A stretch of DNA of 62,053 bases, the filler included, from Catajapyx aquilonaris (taxonomy: Eukaryota): NCBI GenBank assembly GCA_000934665.2. It is 3 parts of 3 records of this genome, joined end to end, with 100 filler letters (N's around TTAATTAATTAA, not from the genome) between each part and the next. Parts side by side here need not be neighbours in the genome. Positions count along the whole stretch, not along the records: positions 41,687 to 62,053 come from KZ539509.1; 2 more parts are not named here. One strand, given 5' to 3'. The translations under genes were made by a program, and so were the position numbers. Below are positions 51,925 through 62,053 of the stretch, in pieces (position 1 is the stretch's first letter; each line of letters starts with the position of its first letter). The notes beneath the pieces are model-generated. The model ran no database searches. It worked only from the letters and a program-made list of their open reading frames with translations, and was not told the origin of the DNA.

Positions 51925-52867
51925 CTGTTCACCACTGAAGTCAAAGCGGGTAGATTTCTATTTGAGAAACCCTATGCGGCCTTGGATAGTCACGCGCTGA
52001 GGGGAGACACGTCTTTACAGTTCTGCAGCACAGAGCAGAGTGGAACATACGTACTACTGTAGCACTGTGTGGGTTGGTTAGCTTACTCTATGTATGGGGT
52101 TGATATAAGATATCGGCGGCCATTTGTAACAGTTGCGTTTTGAAGTAGCCGGTATGGGTCACATATTGCGTTTTGAAGCATTGAACACTCCATTTTCCAG
52201 CCCTTATAACACGGTAGATATTGCATTTAGAAATGTCACAATCTAACACACACGTAGACCCGAGCCTCAAGGACGTGCTACCACCTATAACTCGATTTTG
52301 AAAATTTTGCCGTTTGTCGGGTTTTGATTGGTCACTCCACATCTATTCATTCAAATCAACCTCTTTTAAGCGTAATACAGCAAAAGAATAGGGCCGATGA
52401 GACTATGAGAGATAGAAAGGTGGGAGTGGGCGTTTTTGACGTTTTCGCAGTAGGGCCAAAAAAATGGCTGTTTTTCAGTGCGCTCTAGAGCCAAAACCGC
52501 TCGTCATAAAATATAAGTTGATCACCGCATTTTGCAGAAAAATTTGTCTACTTAAATTTTGTATCGAGTCGTCATCTTCGAAAAACCCATAGTCTTCGAG
52601 AGATGAGCGAATAACTGCGAAAAGTGCGAAAATTTTGCGGGTTTTTACGTTTTCCGTTGTGAAGCCGACCTCCTACAAGGCAGCAAACTTGAAATTCGGA
52701 TTCAGAACCCCAAAAAATACATAGAACCGTTGAGAAAAAAACTTCCGCAATTTTGTTACGGCTGATTTGAACACAGATTGACTGGACTAATTACCCTATG
52801 CAACACGATATTTGTCCATGGAAATTTATTGCTATTTCCATGTTCCTTAGGTCATTCGTAACTCATA

Positions 52868-53853
52868 ATGGAGACAGAAGCCCTTGAAGAGATTCGTCAT
52901 GTTATGAAGGAGGACAAAGAGTTCCAAGTAAGTATCATAGACCATACTGCGAGGGAGATGAATGTGACTTAAATTCAAAATGTGACAAAGTCAAATTTAT
53001 TTAAATCAGAAAATAACTTGCAGACATTGACAGGGATCCACACATTTGCACTTTTGAAATCTGTAGCTGAGTGTGTGAAAGAGCTTGATCAGTGTGCATG
53101 CAAAGTTTTGCCTGCGATGAATCGAGTGGCCCTTGTCATGACAAAACTTAAGTGCTGTTTAAGTTTTGCCTCTGTTGCTGTATTATTTCAAGTGAGCCCT
53201 ACCTCATGAGCTACATCTCTGAGAGAACATTGAAGGCCATGTCTGAATTGTTGAAAAGTGTGATACCATGGCCTTCAAAGGAGGAGGTGATGAAAAACCT
53301 GCCCAAGTGTTTTGCAAACTACCACAACACTCGAGCGGTTCTCGACTGCACGAAGATATTTGTTGAAAAACCATCATACCTTAACTGTAGGTTAGGTTGC
53401 TGACTTACTCCCACTATTACGGAGGCATACTATCAAGGTCATGGTGGAAGTAAGTCCAGGAGGACTCGTTGTGGCATGCAGCAAAGCGTATGGTGGTCAG
53501 GCATACGCCCATCTTTGAAGAATCCGGGATTGTGGAGAAGCTGGAGTCATAATTTATGTGGATATGGTTATGGTGGAGGTGGATAAAGGCTTTCATGTCA
53601 GTAATGTGTGTGCTGAAAATGCAATTGATGTGATACAACCTCCATTTCTGAAAAAGCAGCAGCAGCAGCTCAGTCAGGAGGAAGCTCAAACGACAGTAGC
53701 AGGAGCCAGAATGCATGTAGAAAGGGCGATACAACGGGTCAAAAGTTTCCACATCTTGCAAAAGAAGCTGGACTGGACATTACTTCCGCACATTTGCCAG
53801 CATAATGACAGTCATTTGCGGATTTGTAAACTTGAGCTCTCCAATTTGGTCTG
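52868..53853 (+). pseudogene. ISL2EU (PIF/Harbinger group) transposase, frameshifted
   Basis: LTGI, LVMTKLK...LFQVS (HTH), IPWPSKEEV, VLDCT.IFVEKP, TYSHY, SKAYGG, VDKGF, PPFLK, ARMHVERAIQRVKSFHIL. Several stops and frameshifts are present. Confidence 0.9.
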
Positions 53854-54319
53854 ATTCTACTAGATTTTACGTAGGTCATGAAGTTGCTGAGTCGTCATTA
53901 ATGTTTCTTATACTCGCCTGTAAAATAAATTAACATTACCACAGCATGCTTGCACTTTCCAGACTGCAGGAAAGGCATCCATCTGCTTAGAATTGTCTTA
54001 ATATTTAGAAGTCAGATTGTTAATGTGTTGGTGCATCTATCACATTGGAATCCTGAAGGAAAATAAAATATATTTAAAATTCCAAGTCACTGCCTTTATT
54101 ACATACTGGTATGGTGTTCAAACAGACCTCATTACAGCTGCGGATAAGTATGCAAGAAACATATTAATGATTTCAATTATTATTATTTTCACTACAATAT
54201 ATAACCCATGTCAAGAAACCTCAAAGTTCCATGAACAAATGTAAAAATAAATACAGTAATTTTTCCAGTTAAATCCCGTTGGGTATGGCACAGATAATGA
54301 CCTATTTGCACAAAAATGG

Positions 54320-55005
54320 AAGCACATGCTGAAAATAAACTTCAGTTTGCTTTTTCAATAGACTCTTGCAATAAATGCTTTATCTGCATGCAGTGGCACA
54401 ATCAAAATGCTTTTATCAGTGCTACATAATATAACAAAATGACACAATTCCAAATTCATCAGGGTTCAGGGCCATACCTAACTGCACCTGGCCATAATAC
54501 TGGTGTCTCTTCTTCAATGCTACATTCTCTCCCCCATAATCTAGAAAACTTAAACATTTATGTGAAATGTAATCACTTGCAGTAGCGACTGTCTTTTCCG
54601 GGACTGTGCACTTAATTTCCAGCAATGTTGTTGGCTGACTGCCATCAAACACAATCCCATCTGGGGACATGGCGAGCCATGGGTCTTGAGGTGAGATTAC
54701 CAGACCAAATTGTGTCACCTGACATTATTTGTACTCGGTGACATATGCTTCTCGTGCCCACTCTTCCCACAAGTTCCCATGTCCGGTGTTAGCATTACCT
54801 GCAAAATGCCCATGCCAAAACGAATTAACATTTTTTTTGACAGTCAGGCCCCTCCCTCACCCCATAGGTAAATATCTGGTAGAAAATATAGAGCCTGTGA
54901 TGCCAAGAGCTAGTGATGCACATCCTTCGTGTCTCCTTCCACTCTTCATTTTTCTGGCCCAGAGTGTTCTTACATACCAACATGCACTTGTCAAAATTGT
55001 TCAGT
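54320..55005 (-). pseudogene. YqaJ/lambda-exonuclease-like ORF2 of the ISL2EU element
   Basis: ITGS, HG..WE..AREAY, GLVISPQDPWLAMSPDG, LLEIKC and LKKRHQYYGQVQLGM. It is convergent with the transposase, as expected for ISL2EU. Confidence 0.88.
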
Positions 55006-55698
55006 AACCTTCTATGGAAAAATCTCTCACCTCATCTATAATATTAAAATGCTTGCGTTGGGGGACCGAGCCCTCTGATTGGTCCGCCCCCGTATTGTTT
55101 CCGCCACCTCTTCCCATTGGCCCCCGTCCATTGTTGCTGCGTCGTATCCATGACGCATTGTTACCACGACGCCTCTGATTCGCCCCCGTTCCGAGCATGC
55201 GCAATGGGAGTGGAATCCGTCCAGTTGCCTGCTGACCTCCGCGGGTGAAGGTCGCTTTTTTCCGTCTCTCCCGCCGTCATCGTCACCTGCCGGACCTTTT
55301 GCCCTTCTCCACCCACCCTGCCTGTCCCCCGTTCGCCACGGGTCACCGATGGTTATTGAAAAATGGCCGTATGCACTGGCGGATAATAATGTAAGTAAGA
55401 AATTCGAACGATACTGATCGGGCTGCTGTGGAACTGCGTGCGTAGGCGGTAGGCCTACCCATGCGCGGTGCTTTCACAGGTGGGAAGTACAGTGCACTGT
55501 TGGGAAGTACAGTTGTGCACTGTCGGGAAGTACAGTGCACTGTCATCGAGGCACTTCTTTCGGTGTAGTGTCGGAAACTGACTCCCGTCGAATGCGTAGA
55601 ATCGAACGTGAGAAGGTGGGTTGCAAATCTCCCCACTTTCGAATATGCCTGGATATTGTTGGATGTCCAGTTGTGCCAACTGGCAGGTTGTTTACACG

Positions 55699-56122
55699 CA
55701 GAGCTGCCAACTTTCCCGCATTGGGCGGGGGACTCCGCATTTACGTGTTCTCTNCCCCCCCCCCCCCCTCATGCACGGTTATTTTTCCCGCCGTAGAGAT
55801 TATCGTTAAAATATTTTTTTGAGAAAAGAGACCGAATTTCTAGGTAGCCTATCATTAACTGGAACACTATCATGAGACTGTATGTCAAAATGGAAAACTT
55901 ATAAATTCAGCCACATTTCAACCCCCTAAGGAAGTTCTTCGTACAGCCAAAAAAGCTACTGTTAACTATAACAGAGTACATACTGGTAAATAAATATGCC
56001 TGAAACATTCGTATAATTTGATTTGGACTTTATATGAAAATCCCCCTCTCAGAGGACCAGTCCCCCTCATTATGTCATTCCCTCCCCCTCATTTTTTTTT
56101 TTTTGTAGGGTTGGCAGCTCTG
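55699..56122 (+). mobile_element. hAT-derived deletion element
   Basis: TIR CAGAGCTGCCAAC/GTTGGCAGCTCTG with a degenerate 8-bp TSD (TTTACACG/TTTACAGT). It retains a transposase-like C-terminus FQPPKEVLRTAKKATVNYNRVH*. Confidence 0.65.
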
Positions 56123-56724
56123 TTTACAGTCAGTAGAGGGTGAGTTGGCACAACTGGCAACCTACAATTGGCCGGTTTTTGGGCCGCTTCTTTCCTTATT
56201 ATTTTTGTTCAAAATTCGATGTAGGAGTGATATTAATGAATAACAACTTCGCGCCAAAATTTAGCATTTGAATTCGTGGTGGTCCTTTTGATTGTAAAAT
56301 GCCGGGAAAAAATTCATCTACAGGGTGTCCAGGAAATATACTTTTCAGAATCGTCCGGCTCTCAGAAAGTGGATAGGCCTAACCCGCTAACTCAGTCACT
56401 ATCGGTCACTATACATTGTTCTTATGGTTACATAATATTACCACAGCACTGTACTATCATAAACTCCCAAGGGTCCAGACTTTACCGGCACCCTGTACTG
56501 AGGGAACATGTTTACATAAACGATCACGTGGGAGGGAGCAACGTGACCTTGGCATATATACGACTCAACTTGACGGGAACAGGGGGNNNNNNNNNNNNNN
56601 NNNNNNNNNNNNNNNNNNNNNNNNNNNNNNNNNNNNNNNNNNNNNNNNNNNNNNNNNNNNNNNNNNNNNNNNNNNNNNNNNNNNNNNNNNNNNNNNNNNN
56701 NNNNNAATTAAAAAAAAAAAAAAA

Positions 56725-56942
56725 ACCCTCAGGACATCATAATAATAATTATGATGTACTTAGCCGTCAAAGGGTTAATATAAGGAGGGGGGAGGGGAGT
56801 ATGATGCGGATAATTGTTGGATGAACATCATTAATAACAAGACCTGCACCGCAGGCCGCAGGCCTAGAAAATAGCGAGCGAAGCGAGTGGTTTTCTAGGC
56901 CTGCGCCCTAGGAAAATGCGAGCGGAGCGAGGGTTTTCCTAG
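56725..56942 (+). mobile_element. piggyBac-like end (56774|TTAA) followed by a Helitron-like 3' end (CTAG 56939-56942)
   Basis: Same motifs as at 33667 and at 29642-29712/34795. Confidence 0.65.
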
Positions 56943-57697
56943 TAAATTAACTAATTTAAGTGCAATCACATTTCTTTTCTCGACAATGAGTAATTATACG
57001 CTCTTTTACACTAATTATACGCACTTTTACTCTAATTATGAACTAAAAATGATATATTATTCAGTGTAATACGCAGCCCAGTGACGCCACTGGATTTGCC
57101 TCCCTTCTGGCTACAATATGCTAACTATCCCCATAAGATGTTACGTATTCGACAGGCCAAACGTCCTGGAATCAGCCCAACTAAAGATCGGACAAGTACA
57201 GCCCAAATTAACATCAAAATTAGGAGATGACATTTCACCTGCAGCAGAAGCAAGGCTCAAAGGCGGCCAGGGCGGCCATCTTTGAAAAACAAAACAAGTC
57301 CCCCAATATTGCCAACCAGTCTTAATATCCATTTAGAACATTTAAGTATGTCCATAATTGAACTTGCTCAGTACACAATTACCGTTGATGACATTAACTA
57401 TGAAGTTTAAACAATTGCGTGTATTCGCTTTCTGTGATTGCGCAAGATTCTGTGTTGCATACCCTGCGTGAGGAGACGCCATCTTTATTTGTCGCACGTG
57501 GTGTCGACTGAATCACGGACTGAACCGTCCGTGACTGAATCTGACGCCACATTTGCTCTCAAGCTCGGTTGCTGTGACAGGTACGTCCATTTTCGTTCAG
57601 GTAAAATAGTGTGCCAATTGCCGGGTAGAAGCTAAAAGGCATTGGCACAATACTTCCGGCATTGTGGTCACCTGCTTGTCATTTGCATTGTTGCAGG

Positions 57698-59235
57698 ATG
57701 GCCTTAGCCTTACTACCCCGTGGGATGGCCTTACTCCTCAGTGGGAGGGCTAAAGCTCAGAAGGCAGAGGCCAACGGTGCGACCAAAGCCGTATCAAGCG
57801 AGGTAGAGCAGAAGATCATACGGCAGGTGGAAGTAAGTAGGGTACTTCAATTGCGTTAATTACACTTTCATATGTATGTGTTTATCCGCAGTACTATTTT
57901 GGCGATTGGAACCTTCCGCGTGATCGCTTCATGCAAGAGCAACTTAAGATGGATGATGGCTGGATTCCTATGGATGTGATGACTGGCTTCCAGAGGCTGG
58001 CCCAGCTATCGATGGACCACTCGGTGATTGCGTCGGCTCTGCGGAAGTCCACATCCGAGTTGGTCGAAGTAAGCGAGGATGGAACAAAGATACGCCGCTC
58101 GCCTTTGAAGCCTGCGCCTGAAAACAGTGACGGGAGACTCAAGGAGCTGCAATTGCGTACGATCTACGTGAAAGGGTTTGATAAGGAAGCAAGTGTTTTA
58201 GACGAACTCATGGAGTACTTCAAGCAGTTTGGGGCACTCGAGAACCTTCACATGATCTCTTACAAGGATAAGGCGACCAAGAAGCATTGCTTTAAGGGAT
58301 CAGTACTTGCGCTGTTCAACACGGAAAAGGAGGCGCAAGACTTCATGAAACTTGAGAGCGTTGAATACAAAGGGGAGAAGCTTATCTGCAAGTGGCAGTA
58401 AGTATAAAAACAGCCACATAATTTTCACAAGCAAGCCATTTAGGCCGCGATTTGCAAATTGCTCGCATGTAAATGCGGCCATAGCATGTCAAAATGACAA
58501 ACTCTTGTTGATAGCAGGTTTTTAGTGATGAAACAAATTGTGCAGCAATTTTGGGCAAGTACTGATGTACTGTCTCTTCCAGAGCTGATTACTTGGAAGA
58601 GAAGGAAAAGGCTAGAGAAGAAAACAGCCAGAAGAAAGTCAGCAATGACAAGGGCAAAGGTAAGCAGGCACAAAAGGCCAAGAAAAAAGATTCGGACACC
58701 ACAATGGACGTGTCCGAGGAAGGAACCAAGAAGGAAGAGTCTGAAGATGATAAGTTTCCACGTAACGCTGTTCTCTACATGTGTGGTTGCCCTCGGTCCC
58801 TGACACGTGAGGACATTAGAGCAGTGTTTTCCGAGATGGGTACGGCTGTGGCCTACGTGGATTTCAAGCAAGGCGATGAGGTCGGCTGGATTAGGTTACA
58901 AAAGGCGAATAGTGCACCCGAGTTCATGAAGAAAATAGGGGAATCTGGAGTTCTGAAGCTGTGCGAGGCTGACGTCTCTCTCAGGGTCATTGAGGGGGAG
59001 GAAGAGACCTACTTCTGGCAGAGAGTAAAGGTCGACAGGGAGAAGGTCATGATGAAGACCAAGTTCAAGAAGAGCGGAAGAAGAGGTTCGTATGTTTTCT
59101 GTGGTGGTTGAACACGAATGGCTTAAGCTTACCTTGTGTCTTTCAGGTGGCCGTGGTGGCGGCTTCCGAGGAAAGAAGACGAAAGGTGGATTCCAACATG
59201 GCGGCTCCCCAGCGAAGAAGGCGCATACAGACTGA
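57698..59235 (+). CDS. La: La (lupus La/SSB) RNA-binding protein, about 410 aa; exons 57698-57832, 57892-58397, 58583-59085, 59147-59235
   Basis: La motif KIIRQVE|YYFGDWNLPRDRF..DDGWIP..FQRL, RRM1 (TIYVKGF, FKGSV), RRM2 (TREDIR, AYVDFKQGDEVGWIRL), and a G/R-rich tail ending in the NLS-like SPAKKA. All introns are GT-AG and in phase. A probable 5'UTR intron spans 57581-57696. Confidence 0.93.
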
Positions 59236-60025
59236 AAACGTACAACAGTTGTTCAGTTAATTCCACTTATCTTTTTTGAACTTTTTCCTTTATTATATTT
59301 TTGGAAATATTTGTATGCAAGCCTTGGCACGTTATGTGACAGAAGGAATAGATGTGTTTTCATTTTGTGTTGTAAGCTATCTGGAATTCATCAAAAGAGA
59401 TGAAAAACAAGAATGTGAATGACATGTAAATATTTTCGTTGTTTTAATAATGTGAGATTATTGTGGTTCATATCGTCTACCGACCTGGAGTATGATGCGA
59501 ATTGTTGAGCAGCGGTGTTGGCTTCAGAAAGTGACTGAAAAAGTCTTTCTCTCGGTGGACTCATCTTAAAGTTGTTTTCTCAGTCCGGCCAGCTCTTCCT
59601 CGCACTTGAGGTGCACTCCACTTGTCATCACTATTAATATTTGCAGCAAATGTGTTCCCTAGCGTTCCAATGTGCTCCATGTTATTGCTGTTATTGTTTA
59701 TGGGTACCATTTTCAAAGCAAAAATTAATGAATTTCAAAACTTGTTTTAAAAATCTGGAAAAATTCTCACTTACTCTATATGACGTCACAAATCAGGGAA
59801 AAATATGGGGAACTAAGTCTCATATTCTAAAATGGGGGAAACCTTCCGAAATTGATTTTGCAGTTAACCAAAATTATTTTTATTGGAAGTTGTTCTTCAC
59901 AATATTATATGAAAAAGTGAAACTCAGTTTTTAAATATCTGTCCCCAAAGTAGTGAAAACCTGGGCTCAAAAGTCGAGAATTTGGAATATTGTTGCACTT
60001 GAAATGACCACAGTAGGGACTAAAA

Positions 60026-60272
60026 AGCTGCCGGAATTTTAATATTAATTTTTCAGACACTAGTTGAGTTGAGTCGCATCTTGTTCAAGAACGATAATTT
60101 TGTTAAAATTTTAACTGCGCGCAACAGTGTAATGTTCCATTTGCAGTGTTGCCACATTGTGCAAGTAGCATTTATATTTATTAAATAATACTTTTTGTGA
60201 ACAATATGCGACTCAAAATATTAGACATCAGCCACTAGCGTCTGAAAAATTAATATTAAAATTCCGGAAGCT
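60026..60272. repeat. Inverted-repeat (MITE-like) element
   Basis: AGCTGCCGGAATTTTAATATTAATTTTTCAGAC...GTCTGAAAAATTAATATTAAAATTCCGGAAGCT, with an inner GAGTCGCAT/ATGCGACTC pair. Confidence 0.65.
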
Positions 60273-60849
60273 AAGGGCCGAAGAAAGGGCCGCGAATTGA
60301 GGTGAACACAAGTCTACCTCACCTTCGTACACTGTAGGGTAATTCCATGTGAGATCACCCAAAAAAAAAACTAAGATTCGCACCCTCTATTTTTTAATAA
60401 AACTGAAAATTGGAATATGAACTTACATCATAACAATGAAATATAACATATACATTCTTGAATCTTGGGGTCAATAGTTCACAAGTTACAAGCAAATGAA
60501 AAATTTCAAAAACCGAATACACGTGTTTCGAAATGAATTTATTGCTGAGTAGATATTTATCTTACCTTAATTATTTTAGTGTCACATTTTTAGGAAAGGG
60601 AACTACTTTGCAATCTGTATTTTAAATTTTAAATAAGCTACGTTTCAAGACATTTTACGGGGGTCAAAATCCATGACCTTTGACATTTCAAAAAGCGTAT
60701 TTTTGAAAATTACGTAAAAATGTACAATGACCCTACAGACTAACTTGCCCATAAATTTAAACGAACAATTTTGCTTCGTTTTTGAGAAAAAAAATATAAT
60801 CGATAATGATGTACTGCCAGTGTCACGAGGTCAGATTCAAGAGGCCCCA

Positions 60850-61770
60850 AAAGCAGAGAGTGACGTACTAAGGTGCACATTTAAAGAGAAAATTTATTCT
60901 CAATATAAACAACTGTTCAGGAAAAGAAAGGACCAAGTCCGCAATATTTTAAAGGTTCACAATAAATTGGGATGTGGAGAATGGACGGCTAGGAAGGTCA
61001 GATTAACAAACATAACAATCCTGAACAAATATCCAAATCATGTTTACAACCAGAGTCATAACCAACACTCTTGGCACTCATGGAAATAACACTCCACACT
61101 CACTTTCACTTTCCACGCCAGCTTCACTTTCCACTAGCACGGAGCAACAAGGAAGCGCAGGCCCAAAAAAAAGGTATGCACTGGCGCAATTAAACCACAC
61201 GCACCGTAACACACATACGTTCAATAGAAGATCCAGGTCTGGAATTCCTGAGTCGAGCAATCACTCCGGTGAGACGACAACTCCTAGTTGCCGTCCAAGA
61301 AGTCCAGAGTACAACTTCAGTTACTTCACCACTGTCGTTGAACACAGGCATCCACAGCCTGCAGTGTCAAACAGTGCGACACGTCCCCAATAAAAAAGGG
61401 AAGGGAGGGAAGGCAGAGGAAACGACCGTGTACAATTTTACCACGGCCTCCGAACCTTCAAACAACTGGCAAGTAACGGGAACCCACCCGTACCACAGCA
61501 ACTCCCCAAAATTACGTACAAGTACCTTTCACTCGTACAACCCAAAGGGGGGGCAAAAATAGCAAGTCACCCAGCGTACACAGAGCATACCAGCTCCGCT
61601 GAGGAGACGCCACATACTGGCCACGCAGGGCCAGAAAAACTCTTCAAGAAAAAAAAATCCTAGCGACTAAGTAATTCCATTTTACAAGCCGAGTCCGTGA
61701 GACAGGCCAGTCCAAAAGTCACACGTGACAGCCAGGCTACCGACTGACCTCCAGTATTGAGTGCTTCTGC
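60850..61770 (-). mobile_element. Possible 5' remnant of a LINE
   Basis: GC-richer leader, then a decayed ISMSAKS..KHDLDI.VQD segment resembling an AP-endonuclease N-terminus. Confidence 0.3.
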
Positions 61771-62053
61771 TTCTGCATATCACTTACCCATAACTGTTCA
61801 AATACTTCTAATGTCAATTAAAGCCGTGGAATACATTTTACCATACGAGTAAATTACACACGTGAGTTTAAAAAAATCACAGAACACACATTATATGTCA
61901 GTAGTTCACGTGTTAAGTAACCAAAAAATTCCAACAGCAGGTGAACATCATTTTCAACTACTTGCCCTGATCTGAAAATATTGGGACACCCCCAAAAAAT
62001 GGAGTGGTGGGGTTATACACAGGATGTGATAAAAAGTTTCCATTAAGATTATC

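Larger units (their letters stand above)
47153..52042 (-). mobile_element. Full-length non-LTR retrotransposon (RTE-X-like) with 14-bp TSD
   Basis: GAACATACGTACTA at 47139-47152 and 52043-52056, an (AAT/AAAT)n 3' tail and two intact ORFs. Confidence 0.92.
46442..52340. mobile_element. Sola-type non-autonomous element hosting a MITE and a LINE
   Basis: TIR G(A/T)GGAGTGACCAATCAAAAC at both ends with a 4-bp TSD ATCT, plus internal TTGCGTTTTGA repeats. Confidence 0.75.

Noticed and set aside
55482..55543. Three GGGAAGTACAGTGCACTGT repeats
   Set aside because: A short minisatellite within an unclassified repeat, with no further structure.
925..59235. Functional link between the tRNA genes and La, which binds pre-tRNA
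   Set aside because: They are more than 54 kb apart across three gaps, and tRNA genes are common. There is no evidence beyond coincidence.

Overview
Eukaryotic, most likely arthropod, genomic DNA made of at least four contigs. They are joined by N gaps at 20373-20472, 41587-41686 and 56587-56705; the first two carry an artificial TTAATTAATTAA linker. One host protein gene is recognisable: a spliced La/SSB RNA-binding protein at 57698-59235 (+) with an unusual N-terminal extension. There is also one intact and one disrupted tRNA-Asp(GTC). The rest is densely nested transposable elements: a Helitron RepHel with two nonsense codons, several non-autonomous Helitron ends, a decayed RAG1/Transib/Chapaev-like transposase, a Transib interrupted by an apparently intact EnSpm/CACTA element, a full-length RTE-X-like LINE with a 14-bp TSD inside a Sola-type element, a decayed ISL2EU element (transposase plus YqaJ), a tRNA-derived SINE and many MITEs. 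Two candidates stand out. (1) The CACTA element appears to make two proteins by alternative splicing, with the transposase nested in an intron of an accessory gene, as in Spm TnpA/TnpD. (2) A heavily decayed minus-strand coding region at about 4-19.6 kb contains a family-B DNA polymerase-like relic and may be an old endogenous large DNA virus. All calls come from manual reading of the sequence; no searches were run.
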